A stretch of DNA of 64,000 nucleotides from Vicugna vicugna (lineage: Eukaryota), in the NCBI GenBank assembly GCA_013265495.1, contig MU061579.1, positions 358,872 through 422,871 of the forward strand, read 5' to 3'. Positions 50,903 through 62,989 of this stretch are shown here, piece after piece. The position numbers and the translations under genes were made by a program. The notes under the pieces are model-generated. The model worked only from the letters and a program-made list of their open reading frames with translations. It was not told where the DNA came from and made no database searches. How positions within the stretch are numbered: the first letter of the stretch is position 1; each line of letters starts with the position of its first letter.

Positions 50903-51435
50903 TTTTACATTTTAAATATATACAATTTTATTTGTCAAATAATAAAACAGATAAAATTTTTAAAATAAAGCTTTAGCCTTTATGTAACATATATCATTTT
51001 TGCTCTCAATCTGTTGGACAGAACTAGTCTTACCTGGAGGTAGGGGTCTCTGGGATGACGCCCCCAATGAGAGCCAGGGAACTGTCCCAGACCCTGAGAC
51101 GGAGCCCAACCACAGGATGCCCAGCAGTGGCAGTGAAGCCAGCAGCAGACAAGGAGCCCCAGGCCACACAGAGGTTGAAAATGCAGGGGCAGCCCCTGGC
51201 TGAGGATTACCTAGCCTCCTTTGCCACTTCAGTGTCTTTCTACCCCCTGGAATCCTGGCGTGAATCACCTCTCTCCAAATGCCCTGCACACTCTTCCCAT
51301 GGCAGCCCAGCTTCTGTCACCCCCACCCAACTCTATAGACCTGGAGAGCCTACTTTCAGGGAGACTTGATCTGAGCCCAGGTCAGCTCTCACGTAACTGG
51401 TCCTTCTGCTTTGAGGCCTGTTCCCCTCTCTGCAG
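50903..51435 (-). pseudogene. L1-mobilised non-L1 retrocopy / orphan 3' transduction (533 bp), parent unidentified
   Basis: Perfect 20-bp TSD AGAAATACCTAATTAATTTT (50883-50902, 51436-51455); minus-strand AATAAA (50927-50932) about 20 nt before an A tail; CT/AAAA target; GC-rich relative to flanks. Confidence 0.85.
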
Positions 51436-53979
51436 AGAAATACCTAATTAATTTTAGCTAAAAAGAATTTTTTTTTTCCCCTGCATTCAGCCTTTTCCTT
51501 CTCTACTCGTGGGTCTCGCTTAGTAAACTGTTCAGGTTGCCTCAGGATATAAAAACTGTCAAGAACATTATTGAGACATGGAGGAAGGTTGGTAGAATCT
51601 TCTCCGTCAGAATAGATGACAACTAATTATAGTCCAGAGACTGGAAACCCTTGGGGAAGAAGTGAAGTCTGAGTCTGCCCAGATAAGATTGTCTGAGGCT
51701 ATTTTTGATGGTGAGAGTATTTATGAGTTGTATTAATAATAAATGAACTAATGTTGTAGCACTAAAATATGAAAACATTCTTATTTGACCACTAGGAAGT
51801 TGCTTGCTTGGCAGCAATAATAAGAATAAAATAAGTATTAAATAATAAATCACTTCTTTAAAGGAAAGTTTTCATGGTGTTCTTTAATATTAATAAAGTT
51901 GTTAACAAAGGTTTTTTAAAGCTTTACCGTGTGTCCTTCTAAAAGAGATGAAAGAATATGTTCTCCTTAATTTAGGAGATGCTTTGTGGCTTCTTTCTGT
52001 AATTACTGTGCTTTCTTAGCTCTAACGCTGTTCTCTGCGTATTCTCTATTATTACGCAATGAGTATTATTTATAATAGAATGCCACTATTAGTTTGCCTT
52101 TTGAGCTAATATTTAATAATTAAATAATGACTCGAGATTTTATTCTCTTTTCTTGACAAGGGAGAAAAAGGGGCTTCTTGGTTTCTCTCTAGCACCTGCT
52201 TGAAGAGCTTTCTTCTGAGTAAGTCTGCTGACCTAGGGAGCACACTGATGTAAGAGGTAGCAGGTAAACTTCCATAATTTGAAGCCTCAGTCAGACTTTG
52301 GTGTCACAGTGCCTAAAATTTTCCCAAGTGTATCAGAGCATTTGTATGAAGCAGTGTCCCTTTGCTTCAGCCTTTAGCTGCAAAACCAAACGTGTACATA
52401 CAAGAGGGAGAAGGCGGACAGTGCTGCCAGTTTGGTGTCAGTGAGTCTATTAGAGCCTTTGTCTTGAAATATGTGTGTAACAGATGGTAGGAAAGGCACT
52501 TGTGGAAAAGAAAAGACATTTCGTTTTCTCATTTGGCCACCCTATATGTAAAACTAAAAAGAGAGATAGAGATAGATTACACAGATCATAAATGATAAGT
52601 AATCAAATCAAATAAAAATAAATAATAAAATGAAAAAGACACAAATAAAAAAAACTATCTTCCTTTTTCAGGGACTAACCAACCTTATGCATATAGTTCT
52701 AACAAGGATGTTTACTGTCAAAATAGGAAGCAAAACTAGAAGAAAGAGGGTAATTCCTTTATGTATTGTTCATTTCATTAGCCAGACTGTGGTTTCAACT
52801 GTTGTAACTGACAAGTAGGGGCACACAGACACGGAAAACTGCCCTAGGAACTCAGTAAACAGAGAAAATATATTTAACATATGAATGGGTTTAGAATTTT
52901 AGGGTTTCATACAGATTTTTAAAGATATGTAAACCTTGTCTCTTTTTCCAAGAAATTTGAGAAATTTTGTACTAATAGGCTGCAGGACCACAAAAGCAAA
53001 AATTACTACAAAAGAGTAACAGGAAAGTTCACCATCCAGGAGGCGAGTGAGGAGAACAGATAAGAGGAGTCAGAAAACTAAACTGAGTTTCTTCACAACC
53101 TGACAGATGCAGAAAAGAGCATAATTATTCAAGGGGGAGACACTGTCTCATAATTCTAGCTTCTGGGCTAATTTACTTAAGTGCATAATTATTTAAAAGG
53201 TATTGAACTCTAATGAAGGTTTCTCTTGATAGCAGCTGTACAGAAAAATTGGAGAAATTCTCTATACGGGCATGTGTGAACTTATTTTATGAAACTCCAA
53301 AGCACAATTTTAACTGTCATAGCATACCAGTAGGTTCAGAGGAATCAGGGTAATAATATCTATTTTCAGAGAGGAGCTTCGGATTTTCCAGGGCCAGCCT
53401 GCTGGTCGACCAGTGGTCCTTTCCTCTCGATTACTTCTTCCAAAAAAGATTGATTATGTGCATGTTTTCAGATGCAATGTATTAAAAGTAGTCAATCGAT
53501 CATAGAGGCTTTAGAATTCTTCTGAATTTTATGCCAAATGTTATGATGAACAACATTTAAAATATTTAGTAACTGCTCAATAAATTTCAGTTGATTATGA
53601 AATTCCAGAATGAGAACTTGAACACAGTTATGCATTAATACTATACTCAGCCTTCCAGATGCCAAAACTCTGTTTCTCAGTAATATAAATAAGTCACCTA
53701 TACTGGTTCTTTATCCCTTCTCGACAAACAAATGAATCAAGTAAAATAAATAGATGGGTAGCTTTGGGATGGGGCTCATGCTGGTGTTGGTGTTGTTTTA
53801 GTTGCTGCTCTTCTTTCTGTTCTTCCTCATTTTGCTCTCTTTCCTCCACTCCCTCCCGCCTTCCCCTCCTCCTCCAGTTGGTATCAGAAAATTGGAGAAT
53901 TGCTCAATTAAAAATAGCCAGAAGTTGGTTTCAGAAAAAAAAAATCACACATTTGGTGTCAGAAAACACTAAACAAGAC

Positions 53980-54110
53980 CATATATATATTTTTTTCATA
54001 TAGATTCCATATGTTTATATGTGTTTATGTGCATACATAAAACATATATCTATGTGTATACACAGAAACATATATGTATGTGTATGTATATGTATATCCA
54101 TATACATAAT
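53980..54110. repeat. Degenerate (TA)/(TG) low-complexity tract
   Basis: Directly visible. Confidence 0.75.
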
Positions 54111-54945
54111 ACATCCTAAAGTAAAACAAGTTTCAAGATCTAGCAAGTTATGCATGGGGCATACTTGTAGTAAGAAATTACTCATTATTGATCTAAAATT
54201 CAAATGTGAGAGTTCTTTGTTTTATCCATCAATCCTAAATATAAAGCACATGCCTAAATGCTACATCCCACCTTTAAATCACTTACTGTTTGCCTTCTGG
54301 TGCACTTAAATTAGGCTTACTTCAGTGTTACTCTATGTTGGCTGACGGAAGAAAGCAAGTTTGGAAATTAGTAGTCAGACATCCATTTCAGAGGTCTAGA
54401 TTTTTTAAATGCCTGTGTATCCTGAAGTGTTCATACTAATTCATCTTGTCTCCAGCTAGCAAATGCTTGAGACTTAACATTTGTGGATAAATCAATTGCT
54501 TGAAATTTAGCAATTATGCTTTTAAGGCAGAATATTCTACAAGATTGTTAGTTCCTCAGGCCATATCACAAAAGTATTTGACATGTTGAACTGCTTATTA
54601 AAATACCCTTTGAATTATGCTTTAGAACTCAGGACAAGTAGACAAACTCTATTCTTCCTTCTATGATACTGGAGAGGAAAACTGAGTGGCTTCTTCCACC
54701 ATAAGACTCACTATTCCATCCTAGAAAGGACTTTGACCTTCCAGCAGAGCTCACTGTATAATTGGGGGTTTTGTAAATTTAGTACTAGTGTCTCAAGGTT
54801 GCTCGCTATTCCACAGAGAATAAATTTTTATCTGATTGTCTTTTGTAAATGACCTCCTGTTCTTATCCTTTGAGTTCTAATTTGCCTTAAAGTTCTTTCT
54901 GCTGATTTTTTGCTGTGTTTTTTCAAGCATTTACTGAGAATTGTA

Positions 54946-55011
54946 TGGTGGTGATGATGATGATGACAGATGACAGATGAGGAGGAGGAGAAGGAGGAAG
55001 AGGAGGAGGAG
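54946..55011. repeat. Compound (TGG)(TGA)n-(GAG)n microsatellite at a MIR tail
   Basis: Directly visible. Confidence 0.85.
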
Positions 55012-55019
55012 CAAAACAC

Positions 55020-55240
55020 TAACCAACAGCACTGCCATTCTTGAGCAGGTGTTAGGTTCCAAGAATTGTGCTAAGCACCGCTGTCTGTGGGTTACACGTG
55101 TTCCTTCTTACAGCAGCCCTGTGAGTTAGGTGGCACTTCTGTTTTGTACAAGAGGGATATGAGTCACTGAATAACTACCCAAGTTTGTGTAGTTGGTAAA
55201 TGGTGGAGGCAGGATTTAAACTCAGATTTTTCTGACTTCA
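55020..55240 (-). mobile_element. MIR SINE
   Basis: TGTGCTAAGCAC, CAGCAGCCCTGTGAGTTAGG, TAACTACCCAAG, GTAAATGGTGGAGGCAGGATTTAAACTCAG...TCTGACTTCAAAG. Confidence 0.75.
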
Positions 55241-56909
55241 AAGTACCTATCCATAATACTGCGGCTTGGACGAGACATCTCATAGGTACAACAGTTGAGA
55301 ACTAAATATCATAGTGTATCTACTATGTTTGAATAGTTTGAGATAATTTGATTGAAAGTAAATGGCCCTATACAATCAACCAATGGAATATAAAAATGTC
55401 TTCCATTCATCTAACATTCCAGGTTTCAGATTTTTACATTTTTGTTTGTTTCTTTCTATACTTACACCAACATTTACAAGACCATTATATCATATGGAAA
55501 ATGAAAACTCCAAAGTATTAGAAGTTTTAAAAGGCAGTAAGAGGTAAAACAGATTCTTAAATGTACGTCCTCTGACCCTGAGTTTATTACTTTCTCCAAT
55601 ACACTTTTTTTTTTCCAAAAACATATTGAGTCAGTAGTATTTCATAGTATATTTGTCCTAAGACCTTTAAAGGGGTTTATTATATTACAGATTAATTACT
55701 TCAAAATGAAAATTGTAGATCTGTAAGATATTTATTTTCCTAATCCAACATATTTCAAAAAACGGCAACACTTTCTTAGTCATACTTGTAGTGGCCAATC
55801 TTTTATAGTGCTTGCCTCATTACAGAACTTCAGAATAGTAATAATAAAAATACTGAATAAATATACAACTAACATGCTTTGAATGACTACTGTGTACCAG
55901 TGGCTATGCTCAGAACCCTACATGAGTTGTCCTATTTAATCCATCAAAATAAGAGAATGGTAAAAACAGAGTGACTGGCTTTCCTGAACAAAGTTATGGC
56001 AGTAGTCTTTTACGTTTAATAGTTTCATAGATACATAATTCTTTTTTGCTCCCAAGTTTCAGACAATTGTGTAAAACAAATGAGTTGTTACAAAAAAGCA
56101 AAAATATGGAAGCACAATACTGCAAATGATCAAAAATACACGGGAAGATAACAGAGTAAATGAGGCATTAACACAGGGTGACTGTCTCATTGGAACAAAA
56201 GGAAAAGAGGAAAGTTTACCTCATTAATCCATTATTCACTCCCGAACTGACAGTCGTAAACTTCTGAGAAATGTGATGGAAATTTTAGAATGTCTATCCA
56301 ACCTCTACAGATTTTTATTCATTCGTTAGTATACTAATGCTATAGTCACTTTTTTTTTTTTTCAGAATCTCATAAAAAAGTAGGTCATTTGTTACTAAGG
56401 GCAGAAAAGGAAACTACCAGATCTTCCCGTAAACTTCCAGGAGTCTCACAAAAGGACTCCTTAAAGTTGAATCCCAGCTCTTCCATGTTCACTCACTGCT
56501 ATGGGACCTTTAACACACATTTTCTTTCTTATGTATATTTTCAGCATTAATTCTGATTTACTTTTAATTTGCAAATGCCTTTGTTTCAAGTACAGAGATG
56601 CATGCAGCTGGTTTCCATGTTTCAAACAATACTGAGCACTGATAGTTTCAGCGTTGGTCACAGTGGCAGAAAATCTCAGAACAGGAACTCCGTCTGGTGC
56701 AGCAGATACAGCACGGACGCTGACTGCAGACAGACTGTGTTTAAACGTTTTTATATACATATATTTGGCTCCTACACTCCATTCTGCTATCAAGCCTCTG
56801 CAAAAACCAAACAAACAGAGAAAAAGACACACACAAAAAAAACCATTTCTTCAGCTTGAAACACTAATTCTTACATGATTGTCTGCTACCTACTTGCTTT
56901 GTGGTCGTT

Positions 56910-56911
<2 letters not shown>

Positions 56912-56951
<40 letters not shown>
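56912..56951. repeat. Pure T40 homopolymer
   Basis: Directly visible; no TSD recognised. Confidence 0.95.
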
Positions 56952-56955
<4 letters not shown>

Positions 56956-57692
56956 CCTTGGCACTCCACATCTTGAAGAGGGGGAGTCTCTCCTTTGCAA
57001 TTCCATGGGACTCTGAGCTTATATCACCAGTCGATTTCTCCTACCCTGATTAACATTCTTATTTATCTCTGTCTACCTAGTTCTCTGTTTGATTCCCAAC
57101 ACATGTCATAGTGCCTGGAGCAGGGTAGTTCCAGCAAATGGAGCTCCATTTATTGTTGGATGTTGCTGGATGTCCATGCCTGGCAGTGCCATCTCCCTCA
57201 GTAATCTCTGCCTCCATCACTGGCTTGGCTGCACTCTACTGCACTGCTGTAAGAAGCGTGGGGTCTCGCCAATGATGTAGGGGGCCTTCCTTAGCTGTGG
57301 CCTGTTCCTCGACAGGTTATCTTGTTTCTCCCTTTCTTCACTCTTTTTATACTAGAATGGGTCATTTCAGAGAGCAATTGCAGCTTCTCCTTTCCCCTAA
57401 ACAGGAATTTCTCACCACTCCCAGTGTGGCTAAGGAAGTGGGGTGAACAAGAGGAGATCAACAGATTCATGAAGTGTTCATGTGCCAATTTACAAAGCTT
57501 GGACCATCCTATAGCTTGTGGTGAGTCAGTGGAGGGCTTTAATTAAGGGAGTGACAAGGCTAGATTTTCATTTTAGATAGATCAGTCTACTGGCTCTGAA
57601 GAAGATGGATTTGAGGAGAAAAATATGAGGGAGCACAGAAATCAATGATAGGGGCATTCAGTACTACAGACCTATATATTAAGGGCCTGTAC

Positions 57693-57973
57693 CAGGGGTC
57701 AGCAAACTTGTTTTCTGTCAAGAGCCAGATAGTACATATTCTAGGCTTTGTCGCAACTACTCAACTCTGCCTCAGTGGCTCAAAATGTAGGCATAAGGTC
57801 AATGAGCATGTTGGTGTTCCAGTACGACTTTCTTCATGGAAACTAAAATTTAAATTCTATATAATTTTTATTTGTCACATACTCCTATTCTTAAAAAAAA
57901 TTTTTAAGTCATTACAAATGTAAAAAAAAATTCTTATTTGCTCAGCACAAGAAAAACAGGCCACAGGCTGGAT
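57693..57973 (+). mobile_element. MER58B-like hAT-Charlie MITE
   Basis: CAGGGGTCAGCAAACTT...AGAGCCAGATAGTA.ATATT.TAGGCTTTG..GCAACTACTCAACTCTGCC; 3' AAAAACAGGCCACAGGCTGGAT. Confidence 0.85.
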
Positions 57974-59789
57974 GGCATTAATAATATTGTTACATTCTCT
58001 AATTCAACTCCATCTCGGCTTCCCCAAGGCCAGAGTGAAGGATGCCATCAGAGTGCCTTCCCTGATACTCTCTGTCTCTCTCTCCCAATCCGTTCACTAG
58101 GCTTGTAGTTGATTCCTTTCCTCCTCCTCTTCCCACGTATCCATGGGCGTTGATACCACTGAGACTTGTGGCTGATATGATTACTATCTGGAATGAAATT
58201 CAAGTATTTTATTTCTTAGTAGGTATATACTAATTTTTTTTTGAATAGAATAATCAGAAAAATAATAGAAGAGATGAAACGAAGTGTGTCAAATACAACA
58301 TTGTAGAAATGCATCTACCAGTTCTTATCCATGCAAATTACCTGTGAAAAAAAATGAGATGTCCTTTTGGTGCAACCAAATAAAGAATCCCAGTTTAGGC
58401 AATGGAGGAGCTACATTTTGAGGACTGTCACATGACCTAGGTCTTACAGAGTATCACTTTTGTAAGATAAGCAGACTTTTAATGTATAAGAAATCTATGT
58501 ATTCAGAGCTAGAGAGAAGCTGAAAAACTTCTAATTAAAAAATGGCATAGGGGAATCTGATTGGGTCAGTTGCTTCCTGGCCTCATTATGAATTAGACTT
58601 ACTTCTGCTTACTAATGGCATTACATGAAACATTAAAATATTTCTACAAATCAAGGTAATGCAGGTTAATAAAAACAGGGTCCACAAGCATCATTGAATA
58701 CATTGCTTATGATATTTAAGCAATTATGCATGATAAAAGTAGGATAAATTAACATTATCACTGCATTTAGTGTTTTGTGCATACATTATATTGGAATGGT
58801 CTCTAGCATTATTTTTGTTTCTCTAATTCTCCTAGTTGCTTATTATTATTTTAATCTTATTCTGGCCTGTTTCCTTTTTTCCTCTTATTTTGAATTCTTT
58901 TTTTTCTCTCTTTACTTTTACATACATGCAAAAAAAAAAGAGAGTTTTATTAATTGCTTAGAACATTTTATTCTTCATGATGAAAATCAGAAACGAAAAT
59001 AGTATGATCCTAAAGATAATCCTCCCCTTCTCCCTGCAACCCCTGAAATAAGGCAGGAAAAACAAAGACACAGGACTGGAAGGCATAGAGACCTCATTTG
59101 GATCCTGACTCTCTTTCTAATCTATATTTACTCTGGTTAGAATTGAGTGGTTAATGCTGTCATTAATAAATGCATATGTTTTTTCAACATATGTTTACTG
59201 AATCCCTGTTATGAAAAAGGCTATATGCTCAGTACCTTCAATGATTAAAAAAAAAAGATTTTTTCTAAAGCATGAGATGTGCTTTCAAGGAACTAAGAAA
59301 GAGGGGATGATATGTGTACATTTATATGTGCACATTCATATATGAGGCACAGCAGTATAAAATGGAAATATGAATTCCTTAAATGATAAAAAAAGTAAAT
59401 ATTAATAATAAAACCATGCAAATATTTGAGTAGATAGCTCAGAATGGGCTTTGGAGAGAAATGTCATTTTATTTTGACCTTCAAGGTTAGAATTCATAAA
59501 GACATGGATTAGAGGAGAGAGGTAGATGAAAATATATTTATTCTAGGTGTCCAGGCAAGGAGAGAAGTGTATGTAAATGGATGGAGTTTGAGATAATACA
59601 GTCAATAAGGTAATATGAATTTATTTCGTAGAGGTACAAACATAGTTTTATAGAGGTTAATCTTGGAGCTATGATGTGGAGAGTAAAATCTCATAGCAAT
59701 TGAGACATTAGAATAGTAAATTATATCAGTTCTATTTTCCCTCTGCCTCTAGCCAAGCATAATGATTATAATGAAAATAATAATAACAC

Positions 59790-59990
59790 AATAGCAACCA
59801 TAAACATTTTTAGTGCTTACTATATGCCAAATCCTGCTCATAAACTATAAATAAACCTTTAAGTTAAGTACTACACTTGATTCTACTTTTAGATGAGTGA
59901 TTTGAAACACACAGATATTAAACAGGTTGCTCAAAAATAGACTAGTTTCAAGCAGGTAGAGCCAGGAGTTAAAATATCGTGCTTCAATCT
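59790..59990 (-). mobile_element. MIR SINE
   Basis: AACATTTTTAGTGCTTACTATATGCCA, TTTTAGATGAG..TGAAACACAGA, GTAGAGCCAGGA. Confidence 0.7.
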
Positions 59991-60099
59991 CTTTGGTATC
60001 TGGAAAAAGATGGAAATAGGTAGAGAAGGGTGGAAAACTGAACATAACACATACAAAACTGAAAACTGAAGTTGTTAACTTTCCTTGTTCTCTTTTGTG

Positions 60100-60890
60100 C
60101 TTCTAATCTCAGCCAGAAGCCTGATGGCAACCCCTTCCTCCTTCACCTCTCTCTATCCAATATTGTCTGTTTTACACTTTCACGTCTTTTATCTGAATTC
60201 TCTCCATTCGGTCTCGACTGTGACAGCCTCACTTTAGTCCCTGATCATCTCTTGCTTGAACTATTGGGACAGATGTCTAACTAGGGTCCTGCCTCCAGTT
60301 TTCCCCATGTCTCCCCAACCAGCCTCGACTCTACAGAGAGATCTTCCTAAAAAGCAATTCAACGTGACATGCCGCTGCAAAAAGACACATCTCATGCCCC
60401 TCATGGCCCACAGAATAAAGTCAAAATTTCTTCTCTTCTCATGGAAGACTACCCAACTAATAGGTCTTCTTTGTTCAACTCTCATCTCCATTCATATGTA
60501 GAGATTAACATATGTTTTCCGGAAATGTTTATTTTTTTCTAGTGAGCAAAGTTCTTTCATATCTACAAACTTCAGTTTTCCTGCTTTTGCCTGGATCTAC
60601 CTGGTGAGCGATTACTTTCATTTAAATAATCAAACCAGGCTTGACCTCCTTTACGAACCTTACCTGAACTCAGAGATCAAAACTAGTTTTTTCTATTGGC
60701 AAACAGAACCGTATACTGTCTCTAGGTGGAGTACTTACAATACTCCAAAGATTCCTTCATTTAAAATCTGACTCCACTTTTAAGATCTCTGAAGTCAGAA
60801 ACAATGTCCTATTGTTACTGGTATTCTCAGGGGTCTTGCATAGAAACCTTGTACCTAGTGGTGGTTGAATAAATGAAACATGAATGAATG
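60100..60890 (+). mobile_element. L2 LINE 3' fragment
   Basis: GGTCCTGCCTCCAG, CAGAATAAAGTCAAA, tail GTTGAATAAATGAAACATGAATGAATG. Confidence 0.6.
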
Positions 60891-61484
60891 TGGAGAATTG
60901 TAGATGTAATAAGGAGATCCAGGCTCCAGCAATTTACTCCCTCAATATAGAAAGAACGGAAAAATAATGTAATTGAAGGGAAAAAAAAACATAGATTTTC
61001 CCATCAAGACTTTTCATTGTCCAATTTGTTGTATAATTTAATTATATTCTGGGTCAAAGAAGCCACATGGGATAAGACAGAGAGGTTACGCTGTGTCGGT
61101 GCCTGAGCTTTCTTCTAACAGTTGAGAGGTGAAAGTCGGAATTAAACTAGTTGAGAACTGTCACACACGGCTGTTCTGTGCTCCCCAAAGATGCCTGGAA
61201 AGCCAGATTTGAGGGGGTGAGGGTGGGAGGCACAGAGAAAAGAGGGTGTTGGGGTGACGTGAGAGAAATCCAGGAGGGCGGAAAAAGAAAATGGAAGATA
61301 ATTAGCTGCCATGATTAAAAGATTTCATTTTTTTTTCCAAATCATTTTTCAATCTAATTCATACCGTGTGAAACGTGAAAGAGCTATTTCTAGGCTGAGT
61401 AATAGACTGTAGTACAAGATTTTGATAAATAATTATCTTCCTACTTTATCCATGAAAATATTAAGACAGATTCATGTAATTCTC

Positions 61485-62010
61485 CTAGGCGAGCCCGACA
61501 GGGTGCTGGCTCGGCCCTGACGGACTGCCTTTTCCCGCCTGACCTGTTCGGCCCTGCGCCTCGTGTGGGAACACCTGGGGGCAGAAGCCGGCCCGTCCCC
61601 TTCCGGTTCCCGGCTGAGCGCGGTGGGTCGCGCTGCTCATTTTCTGATGCGCAAGCCTTGCTCTCCCCTTAGGGAGTGGGCTTCTGACAGGCACTTTATC
61701 TCAACACATCGAGGCGCCTGTGAAATTGTCACTTGTCTCTTGCCGCCTTGCGAGTTAGTTCAGCACCATGACGAGACACACAGGGTGAGATTTTTCTACA
61801 GAAGCCGAGCCGCCCGCCTGTTGTTTTAGGGCAGGTGCGCCGCTTCACACACTTTCCAGAAGAGCAAGAAATCCGGGAGGACGAGGGAGAGGCCGCGCGG
61901 CCAGGCCACCTCACCCGACGAGAGTGGTTTGTCTGTTCGGCTCTGTGTGTGCTCACCCACATCACCCCCGTTCATCTTCACAAACGAGCAAGGCCTGCTG
62001 TGCCAGGCCC
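61485..62010. promoter_or_regulatory. Small CpG-island-like unique segment
   Basis: Abrupt switch to GC-rich, CpG-dense sequence (GGCGAGCCCGAC, GAGCGCGGTGGGTCGCGC, GCCGAGCCGCCCGCC, GGCCGCGCGGCC) in an AT-rich background; no repeat recognised. Confidence 0.55.
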
Positions 62011-62427
62011 CCATTTTTATTATTAGAAAAATGAGGTTTGGACAGAGAGCTGAGACAGAAGCATTACTTTCTAGGCAGACTTTTTTTGTGTGGTGTAACA
62101 GCTTATACGTGAGTTTATAAAAGTGCCAACAGCCGAACGCCAGTGACAGACAAAAATAATCAGTTCAGGGGATGAGTCCAGAACACCTACTCATCTCTAC
62201 GTGAGCATTCCAATTCACGCATTACGGTCATTTCCTCTTGGCAGCTGCTGTAGTCTGTACTTCAATGGTTAGAATTTTCTAGAAATGGAACTTTTTTTAC
62301 TCTTTGGAGTGAGATGTGAAGAGCATCTAGACACAAAGTTTAAGGTAGTACCATCTGTGGATGTGGCATTTATACCTTCTAATTTCCATAATTATTTCTT
62401 TATACTGGAAAAATGTAAGAGAATGAT

Positions 62428-62988
62428 GTTTCCATATCTTGCTATTGTAGATAATGCCACAATGCATACAGGAGTGCATATATCTTTTCTAATGATTTTT
62501 CCCCCACATTCTTTGGATAAATACCCAGAAGTGGGATAGCTGGATCATATGGTAGTTCTTTTTTTCATTTTTTTGAGGAACCGCCATACTGTTTTCCACA
62601 GTGACTGCATCAATTTACATCCCCACCAACAGGGCACAAGAGTCTCCTTATCTCCACATTCTGTCTGACACTTATTATTTCTTCTTTTCTCATAATAGCC
62701 ATTCTGTCTGATGTGAGATGATATCTCTTTTTGGTTTTGACTTGTATTTCTGTAATAATTAATGATGTTAAACATCTTTTCAAGTGCCTGTTGGCCATTA
62801 GTATGTCTTCTTTAGAAAATTGTCTATTCAGCTCCACTGCCCATCTTTTAATCAGGTTGTTTTTCTTTTTTTGAGTTAAATGATTTCTTTATATATTTTA
62901 TATGTTAGCCTCTTAGTAGATATATAATCTGTTAATATAGTTTCCCATTTGGTAGCTTGTCTTTTCATTTTGTGGATGGTTTCCTTTG
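62428..62988 (-). mobile_element. L1 ORF2 3' fragment
   Basis: ORF fragments [40 protein letters not shown] and [21 protein letters not shown]. Confidence 0.9.
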
Positions 62989-62989
62989 A

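Noticed and set aside
54828..55019. Poly-Ser/poly-His ORF
   Set aside because: Translation of a compound microsatellite
56461..56878. Overlapping 74-123 aa ORFs in unique sequence
   Set aside because: No recognisable domain or splice architecture; lengths compatible with chance
56912..56951. T40 as a retroposed poly(A) insertion
   Set aside because: No flanking TSD or attached element body found
61759..61779. Full RE1/REST site
   Set aside because: Left half matches but the GGACAG right half is absent
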